From: an uncultured Hormoscilla sp.
Lineage (GTDB): Bacteria; Cyanobacteriota; Cyanobacteriia; Cyanobacteriales; Desertifilaceae
Reading direction: 5' to 3'
DNA: 64,000 nucleotides
Assembly (NCBI GenBank): GCA_963921275.4
Contig: OZ001293.3
Location: forward strand, 3,840,001-3,904,000
The notes below the pieces were generated by a model, which saw only the letters and a list, made by a program, of their open reading frames with translations, was not told the origin of the DNA and searched no databases. Shown piece after piece: positions 1-10,300 of the stretch. Within the stretch, counting starts at the first letter, position 1. Every line of letters begins with the position of its first letter. The translations under genes were made by a program, and so were the position numbers.

Positions 1-1170
1 GCGATACTTAGATACCAACCGGGCCGTACTCCCCGATGAAGTATTACAGAGAATCGCCTGAGCACCAATATCATAGGCCAGACGGCAGACAGATTCAGCC
101 ACAGCTTCCGTAACGCTGAAACTACCCTCATCGGTACGAGGCAGCTTCAGCACCCCCTCTTGCAGCGCTGCTTCTGTATAGGTAGCAATGCTGTGCATCG
201 TCTGCACGGCCTCCACTGGATAGTCTCCTACCGCAGTTTCCCCAGAAAGCATCACCGCATCGGTGCCATCCAGAATTGAATTTGCCACATCCGTGGCCTC
301 GGCACGAGTAGGATCCGGTGCGCTAATCATAGACTCTAGCATCTGGGTGGCAGTAATCACTGGCTTGCCTGCTCGGTTGCAACGTTTGATGATATCTTTC
401 TGAATTAAAGGTACTTGCTTTAGAGGCAGTTCTACACCCATATCACCACGGGCAATCAGAACTCCATCTGCTACTTTCAATATCTCGTCAAAATTCTCCA
501 CCGCCTCCCGTTTTTCGATCTTGGGGATGACCAGAATATGGTGACCCGCTGCCTCGATCGTCCGCTGGACCGGTTCTAAGTCGGCGGCGGTGCGCACGAA
601 GGAGACGGCCACCAAGTCCACACCCTGTTGGATGCCAAAACGCAGATCCCTCAAGTCCTTTTCCGTCACCGGGGTGACAGGTAGCCGCGTATCTGGGACG
701 TTAACGCCTTTGTGGGAGGAAAGTAAACCCCCAATGACTGCTTCGGCACGGATGATGTCTGCCTCCCGATCGGTCACTATCATCTTCACCCTGCCATCAT
801 TAATTAAAAGCCGATCGCCTTTGCGCACCATTGCAAACAAAGCCGGAATTGGCAAGGGTAATTCCTCTATACTATTGCCAGAATCTGAGAGCACAAAAGT
901 TGCTGTTTCTCCCGCTGCTATCGGCAGTCCTTCATCTGGTAAAGTCCCCAGTCGCAGCTTCGGTCCGCACAAGTCTTGGGCGATCGCGATCGGTTTGTTG
1001 TGTTTTTCACTAATTTTCCGCAAGTGCTCGATCGCCCGTGCGTGGGCCTCATGGGTGCCGTGGGAAAAATTCAGGCGGGCCACGTTCATCCCCGCCTTTA
1101 CCAAAGCCTCTAGGCGATCGGGGGACTCTGTAGCTGGTCCGACGGTGCAGATAATTTTCGTTCTACGCAT
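1..1170 (-). CDS. pyk: Pyruvate kinase (3' end runs off the window)
   Basis: Manual translation of the - strand from ATG at 1170 gives MRRTKIICTVGPAT...ARGDMGVE...KPVITATQMLESM...PTRAEATDVANSILDGTDAVMLSGETAVG. It is missing from the ORF track because it has no stop inside the window. Confidence 0.96.
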   Translation of the reverse strand, partial: MRRTKIICTVGPATESPDRLEALVKAGMNVARLNFSHGTHEAHARAIEHLRKISEKHNKPIAIAQDLCGPKLRLGTLPDEGLPIAAGETATFVLSDSGNSIEELPLPIPALFAMVRKGDRLLINDGRVKMIVTDREADIIRAEAVIGGLLSSHKGVNVPDTRLPVTPVTEKDLRDLRFGIQQGVDLVAVSFVRTAADLEPVQRTIEAAGHHILVIPKIEKREAVENFDEILKVADGVLIARGDMGVELPLKQVPLIQKDIIKRCNRAGKPVITATQMLESMISAPDPTRAEATDVANSILDGTDAVMLSGETAVGDYPVEAVQTMHSIATYTEAALQEGVLKLPRTDEGSFSVTEAVAESVCRLAYDIGAQAILCNTSSGSTARLVSKYR

Positions 1171-1224
1171 AATTTTCCCTCTTGCATAGGATTCCCATAC
1201 AGTCTAGAACTATTCACACCCAGC

Positions 1225-2995
1225 TCATGTTTTCAGCGATACTAAGCCCTGGTAGCGAATGCCCACAGGGGTAACTTCAAAGCTACAGGGAAGCACCTCT
1301 AAACCGAGGCCGATCGCCTCTCGCAACAGCCGTCCGTAGACCGGGTCTGCCTTATCTCCCGGAGCAAAGGACGTGCAGTCTCCCCGGTTAATAAAATAAA
1401 GCATCACAGCACGATTTTGCGGCAGTTGTGCCATCAGTTCCCGCAAATGTTTCTGTCCCCGTGCCGTCACCGTATCCGGAAACAGAGCCACCTTCCCCTG
1501 GGCCCAAGTTGTGTTTTTCACTTCTATATATACTCGGATAGGGATCGACTTGCGCTTTTGTGAGAGTTATGATAGGAATGCCATCGAATTAGTAACATCT
1601 GTAACAATGATTAACAGATCATTTACTGCTGAAGAAAAAGAACAACTGAATTATTTAAAATATTATCATCCCAACCCGAGAGTTCGTAAGAAAATGCAGG
1701 GTTCAAGAGTCAAAACATAAAGCATAAAGAAATAGCCCGGCTTGCTGGGGTATGTCAAAATACAATGCGGGATTATTTTAAAGAATATTTGGCATGTGGT
1801 TTCGACAGGATATCTCAGTTAAATTCACATAAAAATCAAAGCGAATAATTTTGAAAATTTGATTAGAGAAGAATTTGAAAAACAGCCACCAGCAAGTTTA
1901 AAAGAAGCCAAAAAGAATTAACTGGGATTAAACGTAGCCAGGTCAGGAATTTTATGTTAAAGATGGCAATGGGGAAAGGTAGGACAGATACCAGGAAAAG
2001 CCGACCCAGACATACAACAAGAATATAAAGAAAAAACTCTATAACCCAGACTGTTAGAGGCTTCCGAAGGAAAAAAAATCGTTTTTTGATGCCGCCCATT
2101 TCGTGCATTTCTAGGATTTTTATGGTGTTTTAAGAGAATATTTATTAAAACAGCATCAGGGAGAAAAATATTTAATGTTTTAGGGGCATTAAATGCGATT
2201 GGAAGTTATAACCGTAACAAATGATGCCAAATGCTATAAGGGTTTGCGAGCTATTGGAAAAGATCAGAAAAAAAATTATATGCTAATTTCATTAGTAATA
2301 GATAATGCTCGCTATCAAAAATGCAATTTGCTTTGGCAAAAAGCTAAAGAACTCAAGGTTATTATATTTACCATCATGCGGAATTGAGCGGTTGTGGAAA
2401 TGGGGAAAAAAGAAATGTTTATCTTCCCAGTATTATGAAGATTTTGATTCATTTAAATCGGCAATTGCTGATCCGATACACAATGCTCATAGTCTCCACA
2501 AAGAAGATACAATCTCTGCTAACTCTGAATTTTCAAATAATTGACAAAGCTCAAATTATGACCTAGTGCAGTATATATAGGCAACCCCTGGCTATCAGTC
2601 AACAAAAAATCCACCCGACTTTTTTTTTCACGACCGTATACTACCTCAGAGCGAACTTGCTGGTAACTGCCCAATTCGGGAAACAGGTATTTCGACAAAG
2701 CCAGTTTAATCGCTCGATTCGGCATCTCCGTATTTACACCTACCCAAGTTGGTCCATTATCCCCTACCTGAATCATTTCCCAAGTATAGGGCAACTTGCG
2801 CTTGGGATTGTCACTATAAGACACCTGCACCGGACTTCCGATTTCACAAACACCCTGCATCGGTCCCGTATTGGGGCAATGTGCCACGATCGTTTCCCCT
2901 GTCGCCAGTTCTATCTCCGCCAAAAACCGCTTGTAATGTCTGCGCAAAATCCCCGGATAAAGAGTTTGGTAGCGATATAGCCAATCTGTTATCAT
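1225..2995 (-). pseudogene. sfsA: Sugar fermentation stimulation protein SfsA (PD-(D/E)XK nuclease family), interrupted by an IS630 element
   Basis: N-half (2995-2574) has YKRFLA...AHCPNTGPM...SRVDFLL...PIY. C-half (1530-1225) has IEVKNTT...FPDTVTARGQKHLREL. Removing 1531-2573 plus one TA restores the reading P-I-Y-I-E-V-K-N. Confidence 0.92.
1531..2573 (+). mobile_element. IS630-family insertion sequence, transposase decayed by multiple frameshifts/stops
   Basis: AT-rich insert in a TA run with imperfect terminal IRs (TACTCGGATAGG / TACTGCACTAGG). Fragments include YYHPNPRVRKKM, LVIDNARYQKC and YLPS..IERLWKW, typical IS630 motifs. Confidence 0.88.
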
Positions 2996-3122
2996 ACTCC
3001 CCTTTGCCTACTTTCTACTTCCACATGTATGTGATCAAAAATTTTTTTAATTATGATTTAAATCACTGATAAGTTTAATCTATTTATCGTAGCATAATAA
3101 ATAGATCGAGAGCGACGCAGAA

Positions 3123-4307
3123 GTGAAGATGAAGAAACTCAAATCAGTGGCCACCTCGGAATATCTGCCTTTTTCGGTGATTAAGTATGTAGCCATAACC
3201 GAAGAAAATCTGTTATTAAACGATGCCAAAGGCGATAAAATATTTGAATCAGATTATTACATCAAAAAAAATCAGCCGAAGTCAATCTTGTGCCTGGAGA
3301 TCAGGGGTAAAGGCAAGCTAATTGGGATAATTTATCTAGAGAATAAGATGACAGATAAGGCCTTTACTGCCGATCGGGTCCAATTTTTAAAACTGCTGAC
3401 CACCCAAGCGGCGATCGCCCTAGAGAATGCCCAACTATATCAGCAACTAGAGGAATATTCCTACAGCTTAGAGGATAAAGTAGAAGAGCGCACCCGGGAA
3501 TTAAAAGTCGCCCAAAAGCAGATCGTTACCCAAGAGAAACTCGCTTCCCTCGGGGCCCTCACGGCTGGCATAGCCCATGAAATTAGGAATCCCCTCAACT
3601 TTGTCAACGGTTTTGCCGAGATTTCTGGGGATCTAGTCAAAGGAATAACAGCAGAAATAGAAAGTATATCAAAGCATATAGATCCAGATAAACTTGAGGA
3701 GCTCGAAGAGCTATTAAATGACGTGAAAGGAAATCTGACCGAGATTAAGGAACAGGGGAAAAGGGCTGATGAAATTATTAAAAGTATGCTATCCCACTCT
3801 CGGGAGTCGAGTGGCGAACGAGAATTGACTGACATCAATGCTATCTTAGCGGAGTCGGTCAACTTGGTTTATCACGGTTTTCGTGCTAAAGATAATATCT
3901 TTAACATGACCGTAGAAACAGACTATGATCAGGATCTGCCGGGGATAGAGGTAGTACGATCCGATGTGACCCGAGGGTTTCTAAATATTATCAACAATGC
4001 CTGCTATGCTGCCAACGCCAAAAAAAAAGCAGCAGATGGGGAATTTACCCCACAGCTAAAAGTGAAGACTAGCAATTTGGGCTCTGCTGTAGAAGTCCGC
4101 ATTCGAGATAACGGTACCGGGATACCACCGAAGATCCAGGAGAAAATCTTCCATCCCTTTTTTACCACCAAGCCCACAGGAGAAGGAACGGGTCTGGGCT
4201 TATCTCTGGCTCATGATATTATCGTTGGACAGCACCGAGGAGAAATATTGCTGGAAACTGAATCGGGTGTCTATACAGAATTTATCATCCGCTTTCCTCG
4301 CGATTAG
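3123..4307 (+). CDS. Partial GAF + HisKA + HATPase sensor histidine kinase, probably an N-terminally truncated remnant of a larger multidomain kinase
   Basis: H-box [14 protein letters not shown]-box NIINNA, G-boxes DNGTG and GEGTGLGL. The ORF starts mid-GAF (PKSILCL...IYLEN...QAAIALENA). Confidence 0.85.
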   Translation: MKMKKLKSVATSEYLPFSVIKYVAITEENLLLNDAKGDKIFESDYYIKKNQPKSILCLEIRGKGKLIGIIYLENKMTDKAFTADRVQFLKLLTTQAAIALENAQLYQQLEEYSYSLEDKVEERTRELKVAQKQIVTQEKLASLGALTAGIAHEIRNPLNFVNGFAEISGDLVKGITAEIESISKHIDPDKLEELEELLNDVKGNLTEIKEQGKRADEIIKSMLSHSRESSGERELTDINAILAESVNLVYHGFRAKDNIFNMTVETDYDQDLPGIEVVRSDVTRGFLNIINNACYAANAKKKAADGEFTPQLKVKTSNLGSAVEVRIRDNGTGIPPKIQEKIFHPFFTTKPTGEGTGLGLSLAHDIIVGQHRGEILLETESGVYTEFIIRFPRD

Positions 4308-4524
4308 TCAGTAGTCAATGCAAGAATTTTGAATTTATAGATGGGTCCTACTACCTGGCGATCTGAAACAAGTTATAACTGTGATTAAGAGCACAAAAAA
4401 TATGCAAAAAAACTATGACATATTCACAAAAATTTTTCAAATGACTACTACTATGGAAATTGTAGTCAAGGTAAATGGGGAGATCGCTATAAATATAACC
4501 ATATCCCGCCAGGAGAAAGCAAAA

Positions 4525-4984
4525 ATGACAAGCAAAATCTTAGTTGTCGATGAAGAGTTGCTTTTGGAGCGCCTGCTGAAGCTGCGATTTAGAAAAAAGA
4601 TCCGAGATCGTCAATTAGAGTTTGTGTTTGCCCATAATGGCAGAGAAGCCTTAGAGAAATTGCTTTCGGACCGCCAGTTTGACATGGTGCTGACGGCTCT
4701 TAATATGCCGGAAATGGATGGTTTCACTTTTCTAGAGCAACTACAGGCAATAAACTCTCATCTGCCAGCAGTAGTGATGTCAGCTGATGAGGGTCTGACT
4801 AGTATGAAAACAGCGATGAACCGGGGTGCTTTTGATTTCGTGACCAACCGATAGATTTTCACGCTCTAGAAGTGAAGATATCCAAAATTCTAGAACATGT
4901 ACGACAAATGAAAGCAACCATGACGCCTCAGCCGCTAGTGTCAGTGAACAGTTATCAGTTACCAGTTCTTTGGCATCAGTTCTA
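4525..4984 (+). pseudogene. Response regulator receiver domain, degenerate
   Basis: KILVVDEE...DMVLTALNMPEMDG has Ala at the phospho-acceptor Asp position. A frameshift near 4847 turns the expected FVTKPIDF into FVTNR*, and PIDF continues in another frame. Confidence 0.8.
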
Positions 4985-5149
4985 GATGTCCCACTGCGGG
5001 GCAGAGTAGTCAAAAATTAACAGCTGTACTAGTACAAAATCACCCCTGCATTTTCCCTCAAGAGGCAAATACAGCATCAAGTAGTTCCTCGATTTTTTTT
5101 AACCCTAATTGAATTTAACTCGGAACATTGCCTATCGGCCCTCATGGCT

Positions 5150-6011
5150 AGTCGCGGGAGCGTCATTAAATATATTGACAGTGGCAGGTAATTTTGTTAC
5201 TGTTACTATGGAAAGAATCTAAAATTACCTTGGATTACATAGGGCGATGGCAGTTGGGCAACTTGGGCCAAGCTGTACTCTTGTTTCCAGAATCTCGCGC
5301 TATGGCTGTGGGGGCTGCTATTACTATGGCCTCGAAGGGCGATCGCCGGCACCAATATAACTGGTCTGCCGATGGAGAGGCTCTCCGACTGCCGACTGTA
5401 CTGCCCGTTACCACCGACATGGTAGAATTGGCGGGCACGATGCCCTAGCCGAACGAGGGCCTTTGTGGTGGAGTGGCTTGTATAGGAGAATACGCCTGTG
5501 CTTGAGCAGAGATTGGTTACCATAATGGAAAAGACTTGTTTCAAGTAATCAAAAGCCAAGACGCTTCGTCAGGAATCCACGGCTCTCGGCTTGTAAACTG
5601 GACAGCGCCAGAAGCAACATACCTTTGGTGTTGCCTCGGAAATCTCGAAGATGCCAGCGCAGAGGGGAAGTCGCGGGAGCGCCATTAAAGATATTGACAG
5701 TGACAGGGAATTTTGTTACCATCGAAAGCATCTTAGCAGCACCACTCGCACCCCAAAGGGCGATCGCCAGCACCAATATAACTGGCCTGCCGATGGAGAG
5801 GCTCTCCGACTGCCGACTGTACTGCCCGTTACCACCGACATGGTAGAATTGGCGGGCACGATGCCCTAGCCGAACGAGGGCCTTTGTGGTGGAGTGGCTT
5901 GTATAGGAGAATACGCCTGTACTTGAGCAGAGATCGGTTACCATAATGGAAAAGACTTGTTTCAAGTAATCAAAAGCCAAGACGCTTCGTCAGGAATCCA
6001 CGGCTCTCGGC
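5150..6011. repeat. Imperfect tandem duplication; core 5335-5590 repeated at 5756-6011 (period 421 bp)
   Basis: Near-identical blocks. A second shared block agtcgcgggagc...aattttgttac occurs at about 5150 and 5669. Confidence 0.9.
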
Positions 6012-6017
6012 AAAAGC

Positions 6018-6046
6018 TTGACAAATAAGAGTTGGTCAGATATAAA
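6018..6046 (+). promoter_or_regulatory. Sigma70-type promoter, copy 1
   Basis: TTGACA-N17-TATAAA. Confidence 0.7.
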
Positions 6047-6116
6047 AGATGAGATGGGGAGGTCCAGGAGTTGAAGTCAGAAGCTAGGGTAGGAATGGTG
6101 CAATTAGTTGGAAAGA

Positions 6117-6770
6117 GTGCGATTCGTTCTAGTCTAACGTAGTCAAACACGGAACGCTAGCCTAAGAAATTAGGAACTCTGGTAATCATGGGGGTTCAAT
6201 TCCCCCTCCCCAGGTACGGGGGTCGAGGGTACTACCGGTCGGAGGTGCTACGGAGCCACATCGCCGTGGTGCCTCCCGAGGACTTAAATGTAGGATAACT
6301 GGCAGCCTAAGCCGGTGACGCCGCTAGGAACGTGAAATAATACTAGGGAACGAAGTAACCCATCGTGTGCTGTCTACCGAGACCAGTCAGATGTGAAGCG
6401 CAAGCTACGGTGGGAGGGATGGCCCAAGAAGCAAAAGCCCTAATTAATGCCTGGGATAAGCAAACAGGGGTCGGTGACAGTAGGAAATCTCGGGCTAAAG
6501 TAACCCTAATACGCCCCAATACCTAGCATGCGAAGGTGGGATAACTGGTGAAACGGACTCAGATAAATTGGTAATACTAAAGGTTATCCGGCAGCGCCAC
6601 TTACCAACCAGGAAAGGGGAGAAATTACATGAGATGAGGGACAACGGGAGTAATCCCCAGTAATCCTACCAATGACAAGGCCCTACTGCCCAGTAGCCGG
6701 GTGCGGTGAAAGTCGCAAACCCGGTTCCGCTCTTGGAGGGTTGGGGAGTGATTCCCAGCTCGACCCCGAC
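6117..6770 (+). ncRNA. ORF-less group II intron (IIB, chloroplast-like class)
   Basis: 5' end GTGCGATTCGTT. Domain V TAGCCGGGTGCGGTGAAAGTCGCAAACCCGGTTC at 6694-6727, followed by a domain VI hairpin ending ...CCCGAC. Length is about 650 nt with no RT ORF. Confidence 0.88.
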
Positions 6771-6822
6771 CAGGAAGTATAACTATTGCAGCGTCAAGAA
6801 AGATTAAAAAATCCCAAAAAGC

Positions 6823-6851
6823 TTGACAAATAAGAGTTGGTTAGATATAAA
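6823..6851 (+). promoter_or_regulatory. Sigma70-type promoter, copy 2 (a third copy at 7022 keeps the -35 but lacks the -10)
   Basis: TTGACA-N17-TATAAA, within the same AAAAGCTTGACAAATAAGAGTTGGTYAGA motif as copy 1. Confidence 0.7.
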
Positions 6852-7325
6852 GAGATGGGGAGGTCTAGGACATCGAGTAGAAGCAAGAAACGGGATGGGA
6901 AAGTGCGGCTAGAAAATCGATATCAACTGAAATGAAAATCAAAACCAGGTTTCTAGACAAACGTTGAAGTTGCTCGGAAAGAAAGGATGACTGTCAAATA
7001 AAAAAGATGTTAGAAAAAAGCTTGACAAATAAGAGTTGGTCAGAGTGGAAAGCGCAGTCAGATAGATATTATGGGGGAAGATAAGTAGCAGTGTTTTGGA
7101 AAAAAATATGACAGTCGTTGCCCATAGCCACTAGCATGTCAATGCAGATACTGGGTCGATCTGGTCTGAGCATTGATATAGAGTTGATAACGATAGTAGA
7201 AACTAGGTATCTAGGTTAAATTGACCGACGATCGAGGTAATCTAAGGTGCGATTGTGGCTTAAATAGATTTTTGTGTAGGATTAGCTGTCAATTGAGTAG
7301 GTGGAAAGGTAAATAGAGATAAATC

Positions 7326-10300
7326 ATGAATCAAACAAAATCAACATCATTACCCAAAAATATGATTCTGGCTAATAAAGAAGAAATATCACTGCCTTTG
7401 ACAGAGGCCCAAAAACAACTCTGGATTTTAGCTCAACTAGATAAAGAGAGTTCAATTGCCTATAACCAATCGATAAATGTACAAATGCGCGGTCCACTGA
7501 GATTGGAGGCGATGAAGCGGGCGATAGAAAAAATTGTCGATCGGCACGAGGCTTTACGGACGAAAATTTTGCCTTCAGGCGATGGACAACAGGTTGGTCG
7601 GGCGGAGGAAATAGAGCTGCCAGTACTGGACTTTTCCAATGAAGAGAGTAGCAGGCTCCTTGAGGGAGCGCAGGATTGGTTTGAAAAGGAGAACCGAACG
7701 ATTTTTGATTTGAATGCAGGACCGCCTTGGCGCATGCAAGTCCTGAAGCTGGAAGAACAGCTTCATTGGCTGGTGTTTAGCGCTCATCATATAGGACTAG
7801 ATTTGCAATCGATGTTCTGGATTCTCCAGGAATTAGGAGTTCTGTATTCATCTGAGTGTCAGGAAAAACAGGTGACATTACAGGAACCAAAGCAATTTCA
7901 AGAATATATAAACTGGCAAGTAGGGCAAAGCCAGACTGGGGAAATGGCAGAGCATGAAGCCTACTGGTTGGATAAATTGGCAGGGGAACTCCCGGGATTA
8001 AACCTGCCGACAGACTGGAATCGCCCGGGGAATAGAGATTTTAAGATAAACAAGGAAACTGTTCGGCTAGATGATGATGTAAGTCACAAACTGGAAATCT
8101 TTAGCAGCCAAAGAGGTGGGCGGGTTGGAACGACTCTGCTGGCAGTATATATGACATTGCTGCATCGACTGACAGGACAGTCAGATATTATAGTAGGATT
8201 GCCGACTTCCGGACGGTACTTTGAAGGAAGCGAAGAAGTGGTTGGCTGCTGTGGAGATCTGTTGCCAATCAGAAGTTTGCTGGAGAGCAACCCCACATTT
8301 TCAGACTATCTCCGACAGATCGAGAAGGTATGGTTGGCAGCAGAGGCACATAAAAATTATCCCTTCGCGAGATTGTCTGAGGGACTGAATCGTCAAAATA
8401 ACTCTAGGAACTCGCCTCTGATAACAACATTGTTTAGCTGGGAAAGGCCAGTTAGCGAGCCGCAGATGTGGAAACTGGAAACAGCTTTATATCCTCAACC
8501 TCTCGATTTTAAGGATTATGACTTGTATGGTAAAATCATCGAGTCCAAAGAGAACCAGTTAGCATTGGAGGTAAGTTATAGCACGCAGTTGTTAGCAGCC
8601 TCAACGATTAAACGCTGGTTGGGACATTTTACAACTCTGCTAGAGGCAATATTAGAAAATCCCGATCGGAAGCTCTCGGAATTACCGTTGCTTACCAGGG
8701 AAGAATCCCAGCGGTTGTTAGTCGAATGGAATGACACGGAGTCGGATTATCCAGCGGATAAATGCGTTCATCAATTGTTTGAAGAACAGGTGCAGCTCCG
8801 GCCGGATGCCGTGGCAGTGGTGCTGGGAAACAAGCAACTGACTTATTCGGATTTAAATGACCGGAGCAATCAGCTGGCGCGTTACTTGGAAACTCTGGGT
8901 GTGGGACCAGAGGCGCTGGTGGGAGTTTGTGTAGAACGTTCTTTGGAAACGATCGTGGGGATGCTGGGAATTCTTAAAGCTGGGGGGGCTTATGTCCCCC
9001 TGGATCCCAGTTATCCTCAAGAACGTTTGGCATATATGTTGCATGATTCGGGGCTGAAGGTGCTTCTGACGCAGGATAAGTTTGTTAATTCATTGCCAGA
9101 ATATCATCACAAGCTGGTTTGTTTGGATGGAGATTGGGGAGTAATTGAGAAATACAGCAAGGAAAATAAAGAAACAGATGTAAAACCAAATAATCTGGCT
9201 TATGTAATATATACGTCAGGGTCTACAGGGAAACCAAAGGGTGTATTAAGTGCGCACCCGGGACTGTGCAATCTGGCATGGGCCTTCAAGAATATATTTA
9301 ATGTCGGACCAGAAGCTCGTCTTCTTCAGTTTGCTTCTTTAAGCTTTGATGCCTCAGTAGAAGAGATTTTTACGGCTGTCACATCGGGAGCGAGATTGGT
9401 TCTAGGAACAAAAGATAGTTTACTCTTAGGACATAATTTGCTACAGTTGTTGCGGGAACAGGGGGTTACTCACGCGACAATAGGACCGGCGGCTTTAGCA
9501 GTGTTGCCTCCAGAAAAATTGCCATGCTTAAATGTATTGATTGTGGCTGGAGAGGCGATATCTAGCGAGGTGGTCAGGAAATGGTCTTCGGGACGACAAT
9601 TTTTTAACGCTTACGGTCCTACTGAAGCGACTGTTTGTGCTACGGTAGCTGAGGTTGCCGATGCTAGCCAAAAGCCGCCGATCGGTCGCCCCATTCCTAA
9701 TGCTAAGGTTTACATCCTTGACGAACATCTGCAACCGGTACCGATCGGCGTGCCTGGGGAACTTCATATTGGTGGAGTTGGGTTATCTAGGGGCTATCTT
9801 AATCGTCCGGAGTTGACGGATAAAAAATTCATTCCTAACCCTTTTAGTGACGAGAAAGGATCGCGCCTCTACAAAACAGGAGACTTAGCTCGTTACCGAG
9901 AGGATGGTAATATCGAATTTATCGGCAGGATAGACTACCAAGTAAAAATTCGCGGTTACCGGATAGAACTGGGAGAAATTGAAGCATTGTTAAGCCGTAA
10001 CCCGGAAGTGCGGGAAGCGGTGGTGATTCAGAGGGAGGACCAACCGGGCGATCGGCGTCTAGTAGCTTATGTGGTCCCAGAAGATGATAACCGAGAGGTG
10101 GCGCGAGCAGATGATAATGAAACTGCTGTCGAACTCTGGCCTTCTGTGGCGGAATACTACGTATATGATGAATTGTTGTATTACGCCATGACCAACGATG
10201 AGCGCCGCAATCAGAGCTATCAAGTGGCTATTAACCAGTCGGTCAAGGATAAGGTGGTGGTCGAAATTGGCACGGGAAAAGATGCGATTTTAGCAAGGTT

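Noticed and set aside
590..1189. 199-aa + strand ORF
   Set aside because: Antisense shadow of pyruvate kinase.
5194..5980. Short duplicated ORFs on both strands
   Set aside because: No recognisable motif, and the frames are not conserved between copies beyond the repeat core.
6188..6212. tRNA-like T-arm GGGGTTCAATTCCCC
   Set aside because: No cloverleaf around it; it lies inside domain I of the group II intron.
6117..6770. Retron, DGR or other RT-based system
   Set aside because: No reverse transcriptase ORF anywhere in the window.
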